64,000 nt of DNA from Fimbriosthenelais zetlandica (lineage: Eukaryota), in NCBI GenBank assembly GCA_977030845.1, contig OZ365113.1:39308001-39372000 (forward strand), in the 5' to 3' direction. The position numbers were made by a program, and so were the translations under genes. The notes beneath the pieces are model-generated. The model made no database searches, had not been told where the DNA came from, and saw only the letters and a program-made list of their open reading frames with translations. Shown one piece after another: positions 41,435 through 54,859 of the stretch; the first letter of the stretch is position 1; each line of letters starts with the position of its first letter.

Positions 41435-41500
41435 GCAGTGGAAAGAGTCAAACCTGGGTCTCCCATTCTGGCAGAGTGGTCTATAATATACCAACAAGAG
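41435..41500 (-). pseudogene. Degenerate tRNA-derived fragment (Asp/Gly-like): tRNA pseudogene or SINE head
   Basis: The minus strand reads CTCTTGTTGGTATATTATAGACCACTCTGCCAGAATGGGAGACCCAGGTTTGACTCTTTCCACTGC. GGGAGACCCAGGTTTGACTC resembles the tRNA T-arm/B-box GGGAGACCGGGGTTCGATTC with CpG decay. No intact cloverleaf. Confidence 0.4.
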
Positions 41501-42149
41501 TATTTGGGTCCACATGCATGTTGCCCCACTCTACACTGCAGGGCTCATTACATGTTATTTTTTAATACATTTTGTCTGAAATTAAAGTAATCTCTAAACT
41601 TTTTTCAATGCAAAGATCATAGGATGTGACTTCAAATTAATTTCGACAACATACTACATTGTTAGGCCTTGACGACACAATAAAATGAACCATCAATGAT
41701 TTTTGTGTGCTTTCACTGGATGTACTGCACTATATTCTCGTTATAAGGACATTTCGCATCGTGTATGTCTTGCAGAAAGCAATAAATCCTGATTGCCATC
41801 TCTTCTAGTTGGGTTTTCTTAGGCGTGTTATTTGTAGGCTACAATGTATTTGTAGGCTCTACTATCCATAGGGTAAAACAATAAAACCAGCATGGGGAAT
41901 CTGCATGGGACCATCAGACCTGATAAGATCTGGACGAATGTCAGGCGATTTAGATGACTGCGATAAGACATCAGGAGTCCACATGAGTGTTTATAAACGT
42001 GGTCGTCTGCTTGATCAATGGTGGCTGTTTGGTTTCCGGTTGCCATGTTGCTGGGAGCTGTGCAAGGCCGACAATTTCCACCTGAGGAAGTTTTAGTTAC
42101 AGCATCTGATGGTCAGTACTGGGGTGTATTAGAAAAGCCAATGCCGATC

Positions 42150-42400
42150 AGCTTGATTGACTGATTAGGTGATTGATTGCACTGGCCATGGACCTGTCGT
42201 CTGCCTCCCGCCTTACCCAGCTTTACTTCTTCTATGAGTTCTTGGATTCTCACGTATTCTCGTCTCATCCCCGCTTCTCGCGTGACTCTGACCTCATGTG
42301 GTCACATGTGAGTGATGCCGATTGAACGATTGTGCCACTGATGGATTAGACACTTGATGGATCGATCAACCTGCTGATCGGACCGATTGACCCATAGATC
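42150..42400 (+). promoter_or_regulatory. Cluster of Pbx-Hox/Pbx-Meis half-composite sites
   Basis: TGATTGAC 42154, TGATTGAT 42170, TGATGGAT 42339 and 42355, plus further GATTGA copies. Confidence 0.45.
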
Positions 42401-45400
42401 TCATGGAGTTGGTTGTTTTCTTTATCCAGATGGAATAGAGTGAGCGTGAGTCGATATTAGACGGCCCTCTGTATATCGACCAGAGCGGTCAGCTATATAT
42501 TTTGCCTGTCAAAATGACTGATATGTGCATGTCAGACTGACATTGAATGTTAACTGCAAAATGTTCCATCAATCAAAAGGGTAATGATATATTCCGGGAG
42601 GTTCAATACAGTTGACAGCAATGTATCATCATTAGGGCCTGTTCTCCGACCTTCTGTTCTGTGCACGTTCATAATATTAGATGACCAACCAATTGATGAT
42701 TAGCAACGATAGTCCCTACCAATCATTCACTGACGCTCCTAAAAAACTCTAGATTGATAGGACCTGCATTCATTACGTCTATATTGGAATAATAATAGAG
42801 GCTAATCTGCCTTCATCTGTACAGTGACAGGCTTCATTGAAATGCAATAGATTACTGCAAACATGAAAGAAGTCAAAATGATTGGAAACTGTGCAGGGTT
42901 GAGCCAAGCTACGTCCAGTCAATATGGATGTTCTTTTTGAAACTTTATTTGCTGTAAAAATGTCGCGAAAGTTACGAGGATTACCAATTTGACAACCTGA
43001 GAACCTCAATGGCAATTCACATTTTAGGGTTACCTGAGCATTTTGCCGATCTATATACTACTTAGGAAGGTTCTTCAGGTACCGAGGCTCAAATCAAGTT
43101 ACGTGCATGGGCATTCGACATAATAGTCAAAAGAATAAAGCAAATCATAGGATTATTAGTAAGACATCCGCCAATCTCGAATGTACAGGGTGGTTTTCCT
43201 CCAGGACTGTAACTAATCTTCAGGAACTTCATCGGAAGGAAAACATTTCAACCACTTTCCCTCAAGCACACAGTTCGTCTGTTCACTGAGTGGACGCAGC
43301 CAAGTTCGCTGACGCTAGCTATTAATCATTTTCAAACGGATTGGTCAGTGATCACATGACCAAGTGTGTTCCATCGCAAATTTGCGTCTTGTGCGTCATC
43401 CGTCAGGCGAACTGATATATCAAAGTCAGAGGAGATGGTCAGATAAGGAGGGGTAAACAATGGCCAGGTTGCATGCACACCGATACATTATGAACCCAGA
43501 GAGGGCCTCGGCTCGACGCGCCCTGGCAGTCTGGCCGAGGTGATCCGTCCATGTCATGGTGTTATGAATCAGTTCAGCCGCTGTGTCTTCCCTATAGGTT
43601 AAATACGCAGTCATTGATCATTAAGTTTGTAATCAGGACTAGGCCAATCAATCTTCCTCTGCCACCGCCATGTTGGATTCATGCATCATGGCATAAACAT
43701 TACAGCAGCACCAGGGCCAGCACCACTCAAAAGTCACTTTGTGGGAACATCCACTCCCTATCCAACCTCAGATTCGCCTAATGTGAGTGATGGCTGGTAT
43801 GGAATTCCCCCTGCCTGTGTCATTGTTCATTATCTGGCCTTTTGTCTTCTTTCCCACGCAAATCTATCACATATCTTATGGCAGACATCTAACTTTAGAG
43901 AAACCCTGAAAGAGGGAATATAAACCAGTTTTTTTTCTACAAGTTTGGGTATACTTTTACAATTAGTGTTAAAAGTGCAGCTAAAATATTCGCTGTCAGT
44001 TATACAATGCTAAATTGGCAATCGACAAGTTTTATCATGGAAATTCAAAAGAAATAACCATACACTGACTTTCATATGATATTAAAGAGATTTTATGTCA
44101 TACATCTTTATGTATGACTTTATAACAATGAGTTTCGCTGAGGTAGACGAAATAATCAAAATCTGCGAAGCGCATGTAATAACTATCAATATGACATTAC
44201 ATCATAGCAAGCAATCCCTTACAAGAGCAAGAAGCCGAGTTCGTCAAGGCCCATGCCATTTCTCGTCTGGCTGCTTTTCAAAAGCAATATCCAGGACGCA
44301 CTATAAAATATAAGTTATCATAAAGGGGGACATCTGTAATAGTGTATAGTTATTGTTAACGCGGGTGTTTTATGTGGGCGGCAGACGACTTTAGAGAAGC
44401 GGACAGATACAATACACAGATAATCACGCGGGAAAATGGCGCCAAACGCACCAATCCCACGCTTGGAGGAGCATGAAACAACCACATCTTTCCCTCTCTA
44501 CCCAAGTACATCTTCACCCTACCCGTTATCCCGGGCCAACCTCCTCTTCCCACTCATCCAGTCCTGATCGTGCTCATCCAAAACTTATCAATAATAGCCA
44601 ATGTGTCATATGATTCTTCTTTATCTTATTAAGCTTTTTCAAATTATCTTCATCTCCTTGATTAACGGGTCCCTTTCCATGGATCCTCCTGACCAGCCCT
44701 CCTCATTCCCCTTACACCTCTTTTTCACCTCCCAGCTACCGCACCCCTCCTCCTCCCCTTCAGGTATCCTACAACTCTTTGAACCTCCTTCATTCCCCCA
44801 TCCAGCTCTTTCCTAAATCAATGGCAGTCCGGAGCTCTCTCTATATGGAATTCCTCCACCGTTCACCGATCGTTTGCCTCCCATTATAGCCAGAGCATGG
44901 GGAACAGAAAGGGTGAGGCGTCACGGGGTGTTAGCTGATGCTTACCGGGCTCTAGTCCTATTTGCCAGTCATTAACTTTGTTTCATCAAGGCCCACCCTT
45001 GCCCAGGCTCCACGTTTCTGTTTACTCTTCTTGTCACTCTGTCGGCACCGATTTGGGACCAAGCCGAGCTCGGAGCGTCGGCAAGCACGAGCCGAGAGCA
45101 GGCGGGGTGAACGCCTCGCTCCACTAAATTGGTAAATTGCTTGATATTGATGACACGGGAATTGAACGGGAAAGACTGATTTCTGGCTGTCCTCAAGGCT
45201 GGACCGGCAACTAATAGGGTGACAATTGAAGTTGACTGGTGGGACAGCAACCCTACACCAATTGTCTGTCAGCCATTGGCAAGACTGTCCAGGGAGCTTG
45301 GTCCAAGTGCCTGTAAATAGTGCCAATTCTTCCCCCTTTTGCTTGTAATGATCGTAAGATTAGGGGAGCCTTTGGAAAGAAAATGTTGGAAAGTCACCTA

Positions 45401-47938
45401 ATTTCGCTTGGCGAGTGTCACTGACTCATCACCTACTTCTGCACAATGAAGTTTATGTCACTATTTATCAGTGCAATAACCACAATCAAACATTGAAGCA
45501 AAAGAATGATATAGGGGAAAGTCTGGCACTTTAAAATTAACGGGGAGCTACACACAATGAAAGCCCACGGAAATAATATTTATCCATAGATTGAAAAAAA
45601 GCTAACCAAATTCTGCGAATGCAACCAAATGAACGCATGTAGGCCTATAAATGGCATGTATAATACCTTCCGTGTGAACGAGGCCATGGGTGGAGACTTT
45701 AACATAACTCTCACGAGGTGGCGTGACGATGCCGCGAGTCCAACCACCAAACTGAGAATGCCTTCTATTACATGAGGACACACCCCCTCACACCCACATA
45801 CCACTCCCCAACTCTCTCTCCTTCCCTCCCCTCAGAGGCAGGCTGACTACCTGTGGAGTTATGTCTGCAGGCACCCCTCCTCCAAATGAACTACTAATTT
45901 GACAGCAGTCTCCAAATAATAAGGTGCATTAGGGGCTTGTATTGGCACCCCTCGTCATAGAGGGAAATACGGGGGACACAGGGCCGTCTCAATCACCAAC
46001 ACCCATCTCCGCTGGCTCCGCTCTCCTCCCACAGCTCCAATTGTGGCCAATTGCCCACAAACCAATATTCTGTATTAGATTTGCAAGATGAAACCAATGA
46101 CCAGATGTGAATGGTTTTATCGTAAGGGTTTGCCTCAAGCAGGGCCTGTTTTGAATGTCTTCATTTCCACACCCTGGTCCGCGTGCTCTTGCTCTCTTCC
46201 TCTCCGCTTATACAAAGCAGGTGATCAGTTACATGCGGGAAGGTTGCTGAAGAGACTGATGCCATTCGCAGCTATAGGAGAAAAGGCATTGTGCCATCCT
46301 TCCGTGATATGTCTTAATAGAGAGCAATTCCTTGTAATAGCCCTGCCAGAATGGAGGTAGATGGGCAAATCCATTACACTCCCAGCAACGCCCCAATCGA
46401 TGTCATCACATTCAGATTTGAAAGTACAATTTATCATGGCTAATTATACTTACATAATCACATTGGGCATCTTTTTGATGGAGCAGCATCAGATGCAGTT
46501 TGTTAATATCTTTTATAAGCTAGCATATTATGCCGTAACTCAAAATCGCACCAATTATACGTATAGGTCTAGCTTATGACTGTGAATACAACAGATTTGT
46601 ACGGTGATAAAGTTTAAGGACTGCTGCCCGAAGTTCCCAAACAGACACCTACCGGTAATCAATCACACATGGATACTGGAGGAGACAATGGAACATATAT
46701 ATGAGCTCATACACCATTCATTTATCTGCCCCATTTTCACCTGAGCATGGCATGCATCAAGTGCGTAAAGGACCCCTAGCTGTCCTTGTCAAGGGCAGCC
46801 ATAGAGTAACAATGACACATATCTCACGATAAGGGGAATTTGTCCTTCAGTAATTAGGCATCAGTTAGACGTCTAATGTCGCTCCTCACTCCCATTACTT
46901 CATTGCTGATCACCCTTCCTCTTTTGAGCCCCTGACCAAACTCCAGGAGGAAAATCAAGATCAAAGGTGTGGTTGCTATAGCTACAACAGAAGCCATACC
47001 ATTAAGGGGGAATGTGCCAATAGATCTGTATGTAGGATGGCCCTAGCTGATCTCCTTCTCGCATGCTTGTAGTCCTTATTTGCAGCAGGTCATACACTAG
47101 TATATGGCAGGTATGCATGTTCGGGGGTCATCCCTGGCCTGTGCACTGCCATCCATCCCCGTTTTATTGTTGCCTTTAGACGCCCGCCTCTGTCACGAGG
47201 GAGCAGCTGAGACAGTTAAAAGGCACATGTTATGTCCACCCAGACTGTCATTATGTCAGACGAGGCACTATTTGTGATGTCCGATGATGATTTTTGTCAA
47301 GGAGGAAGTAGTCCAAGACTGAGTGAACAGTTTCCCTTTCACACCGAGGAGCAGCTAGCTAATGTTGCTAACCTATGAGCAATCTGAACATGACTACTCT
47401 TGCTTGTTACCCCCTCATAGTTATATTGATGATCCCAGATTTGTCCTGGTTGAATTATCACAAGGAAAATGAACCATAAACAAAGAAAGTGATGTAATTA
47501 AGTGATTCAATCACAGATTAAGGACAAACATGTTCATGATCTCTGTATCACATTTAAACCCTCGAGCTCCAGGCAACGATGGAATAATGATGAGAAATGA
47601 CCTACCTAATATGGCGGATCTACACCAATAATCTACTGATGGACAGCTTCAAACGGTAGACTTTATCAAGTCCCTTCAGCATGCCAAATCCCATACATTC
47701 TCATTGGAGGTTTGAGGTTATGTTATTCTCAAGTAAGAGTCAAGTAGATTGCTACTGAACATTATCTCTTGTTCTGTAATACGTGCCCTCGATCCTATTC
47801 CCGGGCAATTCATCAATCCATCACAAATTTCTTCATGGGTAGTCAGTTCGTGGATTTCTACAGCTGCTATTAATGAGATAATTTCACTTTGTACAATAAA
47901 AAGGTCAATTCGTCATTGTCAATGTGTTGAATAGCTTG

Positions 47939-47963
47939 TCTGGTATCGCGCAACGATACCAGA
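47939..47963. repeat. Perfect 10-bp-stem hairpin
   Basis: TCTGGTATCG-cgcaa-CGATACCAGA. Confidence 0.85.
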
Positions 47964-49414
47964 ACAAAGAGGTGTAATTAAGGATATTTTCCGACAAATT
48001 AATATTATTACAAGGAAATTAGAATGCTTGGGAAATGTTAACTATATTGGAGTTATTAGTTCTAGCAAGTCCTAGAAACAGTATATATCCCATAATAGTG
48101 ACGAGTTTGCAACATAAACCGAGATTGTAAGTAGCTGTCTGGCAAAGGACAGTAAATATTGTTCTTGGGATTTACTATTCAATTTATGGGGTTCAATGGA
48201 TTAGCCTTAATTTCTTGAGGAACTTTATTGAGTGTCGGTTTGCTTTATATGTCCATAGAAACATCAAGATATATTGTCATTCTAATCTCAACAAGACGGC
48301 CCTGCCCTTTTGTCTGAATAGTGAAACCTGTGGAAACTTCTATTATCAATTATATTAATACATTTGAAAAACGTGTGTTTTATGATTGGTAACCCTGAGG
48401 TTGAAGACACATATACCAGTTCTAAGGCTAACAAGCTTTTTGTAATTGATAATAAGAAACTTGTATCCTTTTTTTGCCTTTCGTGAAATGGCTTGTTAAG
48501 GAGCAATCTTAAAAAGGATCTACAAAATAAAAGGAGCAGAACAGCAGTGTGGCTAAAGGTTATTATTGTACCTTCTACCTGCTTTCGAAAGACGTATATT
48601 AGCACATGTAAATATAGGCCTACGTATAGAGAATTTGCTAATGTAGCACCTCTCTATTAAATGCGCCCCCTACAAATACGCTCCCACGATACATAGAGCT
48701 CCATCTATCGCAGATTGAAGACAACTTTCTACTTGGCAGTATACATGGATGGTTTCAATATATGGGAAAAGATGAGTCCCAAAAGGGGCAGTATACAAAA
48801 CAAAAGGAGAGTGCGCAAGCGTCCTTCCGTCCCCAACATCCCACGGGGGTGCAATAAACGTTGTAAATGGATATAAATCGGCAATAAATATTTATATGGA
48901 TAATTAGAGGGCCAGAGGATTAAATTGATGTGGAGTGACAGGTTTGGTAGACGCCATTAGTCGGTGGAGATGGACGGCTGGGGTTGTCGGGGCCAGGCCG
49001 GGAAGGGCCTGACGCGCATGATAAAGTCCGCCTAGTTGACCGTGCGAGAAGATGAACGACCAGCGGCCACGACCGCTGTGTGAAATATGCCCCGTCGGCA
49101 TTACACAACCAACGATAAGGCGACACCCTAGAAGCCTTGTGAGGGCTGGGACTTGGTGGATGGGGTGAGCCGGGTGGCCATCGGTGGGAACATGACCAAA
49201 GACAGAGTTAGGTCCCACAGCAGACACTCCCAAGCCCTACCACGCAGCACAAGGAAGCTGCCGTCTCTAGGGGCCTCTCCCATGTCCATCTTTGTCATAC
49301 AAAACGCTACAGGTTGTCGGCTGTGTGTGGTCGTAAATCGCCCGAGGAAAACGCCCTTTGCATGGTTACTATACTACTAAAGTACCACCCTCCATCCCTA
49401 CACACGGTCCACCC

Positions 49415-49640
49415 CATAGCGCATGCGCAACTATCCAATGAGGCCAGCAGTGTCAATGGAAGCGAGGCTTCTCAGCGACGACGTCCGCCAATCACGTTAT
49501 GACGTGTGACGCGTCCTGAATACAAGATGGCCGACAGTGGGAATGAGACAACTGTCAGAGAAGTGATTATGGAAGTGACATCCGGGTGCCTGGTGGGCCT
49601 TCATACCTCGCCAGCCTCTCGCCAGAGGCCGCCCTAATGA
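49415..49640 (+). promoter_or_regulatory. Promoter-like island (NRF1, CCAAT x2, YY1-like, ETS)
   Basis: GCGCATGCGCA 49419, CCAAT 49435 and 49488, CAAGATGGCCG 49523, GGAAGTGACATCCGG 49571. Confidence 0.45.
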
Positions 49641-51544
49641 ATGCGAGTGAGAAATGTCAAGTGCACACTTCTACTGTTTGCACTCCATCAGTGATTAACT
49701 TAATTTCCCAGCAATGAACATGTGTCAACCCCAATACGCTTGTTGGTGGTCACATATTCATGAACGTAGGTCGCTGTATAGGCGCAAATTTGAGTCAAAC
49801 GCATATAAAAATGTGTCAACGTCACTAGAATCCAAAAAAAACTTCTAAATATGAACGAAAAATATGTTCCATATTGACTTCTAATGGGTTTCAAGTTTAT
49901 CTTGAAGATAGGATTGGCTGTGCCTACTGTAAGTCTGCAATGGGCTTGCATGTTACTCAGGACGGGGGTCTGTTTAAATGGGACTCTCCCAGAAACGAGA
50001 ACACTTGAACGAAAACTAGATTAGCGAGGATGACGAGCCTAGGCCCCAAATATTCAATTTAGGAGCCATCTCTTGGAAGTCAAGATCTATGTTGTCTGGA
50101 ATGTGCTGTTACAGCCTTTGCTCTGTTATGGAACTCGTCAGTGAAGGTCAATAAGAGGAGTGACATTTAGTTGACTAGTCAGTGAGATTTACTGTCTACC
50201 AGAAGTACCAACGTGAATCCATCTCAGATTTACCGTATGATCTAATATGTTGTACAATGGCCTGATACTATACATTTTCTAGAGAACCGGAACCAGAAAA
50301 ATATCCATTGCATTTGCACGTGGAAAAAGAGCCCCCAGCTGAAAATCATGAACTTGATTAATCAAGAGTGTGAGCTGGCTTCAACCATAAGATGGTTCTA
50401 TAAAAAATCTAACTAACAAAAAGTCCATTAAGAATTTGATAGCTGGTTTCTATGAGTGACAATAACCAAGCGTAGGCCTATCTTTGTATATTACCAGATA
50501 AAAAGCTTTATATTTTATAAGAAGGCATACCATATATATCACCTTCACCCGTTGAGGGAGACCATATGAGGCGAAACAAACGAATGAGTATATAAACCAA
50601 ATATCTTTCCACCATTCTTGACATATTTCAGATTGGTACTATTCGGAATATATTATATACCTGATATATATTCTCATCTTTTCCTGAAATATCTCAGCGC
50701 CAACAGAAAACAAAACTTTGTAAAGTTGCCTGGTAGATACATCGTAATTTATGACAGACATTCATAAAGAGATATCCATTACATTGATGGGTGGAGAACA
50801 TCAATCGAACAGCTGTCAGGAGATACAAAGGGAAGATGAAGCATGTGTTATTATCTGTCTACAGATTTACCATGGTAAAACAGCAATACATCACCCTCAC
50901 AAACACACAAATAAAAAACTACATACAGATCGATAAGAAGATGGCAAGTGAATGGAAGGCAACTTTTTCTTTCCAAGTTAGAGGCAGGATATGCTGGTTT
51001 ATTGTTTCAATGAATGTATTCAACCCAATTGGTGTATTAGTCAGGTGGGAGTATGACTTCCCTGTGATGTACGTTTGTTTTTGGTGAAAAGTCGTCTGTA
51101 GACATGCCACAAATTAGAGTCCATGGAGTCCACAGACCGCTTAGTACAGGTGTATCATTATTCACCCACAGAAAGCAACTCAAGTAAAGCGAAGGCTTTT
51201 TGTGAGTGCCAGCAGACAATATACTGCATTGGTGGGAGTCAGACCTTCATTTGTTCCCGAGCTGTTGATATATGTTAAAGGTACAATTAGAGAGTGGCTC
51301 GCGTTGAGGTCAAGACGAGATGAGTTGGAGCAGGAGTTCTATTGTTTCAGGGAGCGTCCTCTGCCAGCCATGACGTAGGAGCCTCAAGAATTACGGCTGT
51401 CATTCTGTCCGTTGACCCTTCTTGGCGCGCCCACCATAACTCGCTGCCAGCTCTGACAGTTTCCAACCGTGAAAGAAATCACCGAAGAAGCACATGGAGT
51501 GTTGCTTTGTCTACTTTTTCTCCATCAAGAATTGTTCTTTAGAG

Positions 51545-51569
51545 TGACCTCTTGACCTTGACCTGACCT
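51545..51569 (-). promoter_or_regulatory. Nuclear-receptor half-site array: perfect DR2 plus DR0
   Basis: TGACCT-ct-TGACCT-TGACCT, then an overlapping TGACCT, i.e. AGGTCA repeats on the minus strand. Confidence 0.45.
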
Positions 51570-52748
51570 GATCGTCTACCGCCATCTCGTACGATTGACC
51601 CTGACTGACCAGACCTGTCCGACTCTTCCCGAAGACACCAACAATAAATGGACAAGGGGATTGCGTGGCTGTTTGATCTGAAATATGTAATATTCGCACT
51701 GTCATCAGCTAGCTTATTGTTTTCCCAGTGACGAGATGTGGGGTTCTTTTTTGCCAAAGACCAAGATGGCCGTAGTTGCTGATCTCCATTTCCTGCCATA
51801 ATGTCCCCCTGAGGCTCCTCCTACTCTACTGCACAAGTCATTTGCTTTTAGGCTGCTTTAATATGCCACCACAAGTGTAAGACACATTTATTCATATTAC
51901 ACATGTCGTCTAAGGTATACCATTCCCTTAGCCTTGAGTGATGAATGTTAACCAAGTGTCATATTCTACCCCATTTTCTAACGGGCAGACACAGTATGAG
52001 CGAAATTTAATCGCTTCCAGAATGAAAGGGTCATTTTATGCAATTTACCATTGAGTTATTTATCGCATGCTTCACCTCCTCCTATAGGCAGTAATCATGC
52101 ATGCTGTGAAGGATGATATATGTCTTGCCAGTAATAAATTTGTTACACAATGCTCGGTAAAGCACTAGGAGAGAAGGGGCCCTTCTCTCTTCCGTCCCTA
52201 GATTGGAGAGCTACCACAATTCATTGGAAAGGGCACGGTCAAAATAAAAAGATGTGTAGCTTATATTAACACACCGGAAGTTGAAGGACAATCAGTATTT
52301 CGAGCCCTATATAAATGGCATGACACGCTGACTGATAGATTGCGACTTGTAATACTATCAGCCTTCGGGCCGACCAACGGGTGCCTTTCGATTCCAGACC
52401 TTTTTATCTGAATCTGACGAATGGGATGGGCATCCTGACATTATTTGCCGGTTATCCATGGATTGCCGTAAATCTTTTACTTCTCCATTACCCATTTGGG
52501 GCAGAGTATCAGAATTAATGTCCCTGAGTCCGATATGTCCTGCAGACGCACCCTGACTAATATACTGCAACTCAAAGTCAAAGCGTTCAACTGCCTCTCA
52601 ATGGCAAAGCAGTCGTGACAAATTGGCGTCCAGAGAATGATAATATTCATACACGTCCTCGGAACTCTATATGGCGGTAGTGATCGCCCATTGCTAAGAC
52701 GCCAACTCGACTCACGTAAGACATTAACACGACAAATGGCCGATATAG

Positions 52749-52775
52749 ACGCTAGGTGGCGCAGGCTGTCAATCA
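52749..52775. promoter_or_regulatory. CTCF-like site directly adjacent to a Pbx-Meis decamer
   Basis: ACGCTAGGTGGCGC 52749-52762; CTGTCAATCA 52766-52775. Confidence 0.45.
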
Positions 52776-54859
52776 TGCTATCAAGTCTCGTAGGTTCTCT
52801 TCTGCCACGGGATAAGATGGGCCTGAACGTGTGCGCGCATTCATATCAATGAGGCCGGCCCTGATAGGAACCGGAAATGATACTGATGGACCTGCGCAGT
52901 GGACGCTGACATCGCTTACGGTCGGAGCGAAATCAAATACAGGGTGGCGCTGTGAGAGCCGTCCAGCAATCACCATTACTGTCCAGCTGACCTATGTAGC
53001 TAGCCACTCATAAACAAGGCATTTTCCAAACTGTGTTACCAGTCACATCCATCAGTCGCCCCTTGGATGCTGAGTCTTCCGAGCTTAAGCAGCTGATTGC
53101 CAAGAGGACATAGGAGGAAATATATCCCAACCAAACGATCCACCACCCTCACATTTCATCATATTGAACAAGTCGCTAAAGATGGCCGAACAAGCATGAA
53201 TCAGTCATAAGTTTGAGATAAATACATTATCATTGAAAACTAAACCTATTCAATATCGCGTTGATCAACGTTAATTCGGATGAGATTCAAGGCTCGATAG
53301 AAAAGCTAGAGCTTGAATTGAAGACGGAGCCTCCCTACTGATGAACAAATTCCTGAAGAAGCTTTTTACTAATGACCTTGTGGTTTCCAAAGTGGCCTCA
53401 GCAATGGGTGGCCACATTCTTAGCGGACAGAGGGTTTATTGCTATCACTGACTCCCCAGTGTTCCCAAAGCCATCTTCTGTGCTTCCTCTGGCAATTTCT
53501 CCTTGTACATCTGTGTTTATTTCCCCTATTTTCTTCTCTTTGCTGCTCCCATTAAGGTTTGATTGAAGTCTTCTCGTTCCCTCGGTGTTTTTTTTTGTAG
53601 CTGGTTCCAAAGTATCTAGGACAATAGAGGCCATTTAAAGTGATAGAGTTATTTATATTCAGGATTTTGCTTTATATCAAAGCCCTGAGGTCATAATTGC
53701 AAGCTTCGCTGATGTCATCTATATACATGTGATGGCTCGACATCGCCTGCAGCAGGAGGGTGAAGGAGGGAAGTAAAAAAGAGCCAATGTTAGTTGATGA
53801 TGGGCATCTTCATTGTAACTTGGAGGCCAAGGTTTGGTGCCTTGAGTGGTGTGTAAGCTTAGTGACCAGTGTGACACCTTAGACGGGGTCCAGGCTGGGG
53901 GCCTGACAAGAAGTGGGCGTTTCCACCTGCATAGCTATGATATATCCGCTGTCAACTTTGATGGTGCCATAAATCAGCAGAAGCTGCCAGAAAGGGCCGA
54001 AAACCATGGCTGGTCATGCTCGCACCAATGCCCCCGGGGCCACATTGGGCCTGCGCAGTTCGCCCTGTTCTCTGACTTGGCCCAGACCCCGTCCTATAGA
54101 TAATACAAGCTATTGTCTACGTGGTGTGCATTTAAACATTACACCGGCCGCCTGAGCGCTAAAGGTAATAATTAGCCTCCTTGGTGTGAATGATATACTC
54201 TCACTTATGGCCCCAATATCATATATCAGGCACAGGGCTGTCCATATTTGCAGAAAACACATTATGCACCCGCAAGAGAGTGACAGTGGGGCCAGACGAC
54301 TTTCTCGCTAACATGGCGTCCCAATTTCCCGCCATAATAATATCACTCGCACAAAATCCAACAGCCTGGAACCCATTGTTTATGTATAATTAGTGACATA
54401 CGTTAATTAGGGCCCTATTCCCTATTGTTTATGGCTAGGGATGGGGTGTTCTAGATGGGCCAGGCAGAGGGAACTGTGCCTTGCAGAATTAGAACGATCT
54501 GATGAGGCGCATGAGGAAGGAGGTGCCATTAATATGATTGACAACCTTTGAGGTGACGGGACACGATGTATCAGGGCGACAGGATGTCGATGACAGCGGC
54601 ACTCGGGGTCGCTTCGTGTTCCATGACACGTACAATGATCCAAAAACCCAGCGCTATACTTGGCACGTCTAGAAAGACAAAAACAGGAATATAAGAAGAA
54701 CACAATCAGCAAGTGTGAATTTTCTGTAGGGCTTTTGACAAGCAGCCATCAATCCGGGGCGCAGTCCTGTCACTCCTCCATGTCATTTATCTGTCTATCA
54801 TTAGCATGCGACGGTAATGGGAAACGCCGAACGGAACCAAACTCTGCTATTCAGCTACA

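Noticed and set aside
47700-48620. Possible decayed LINE or reverse-transcriptase fragment
   Set aside because: Manual translation of minus-strand frames showed no RT or endonuclease motifs.
53398-53634. 78-aa minus-strand ORF with protein-like composition
   Set aside because: No recognisable domain or convincing splice signals; cannot be supported without homology data.
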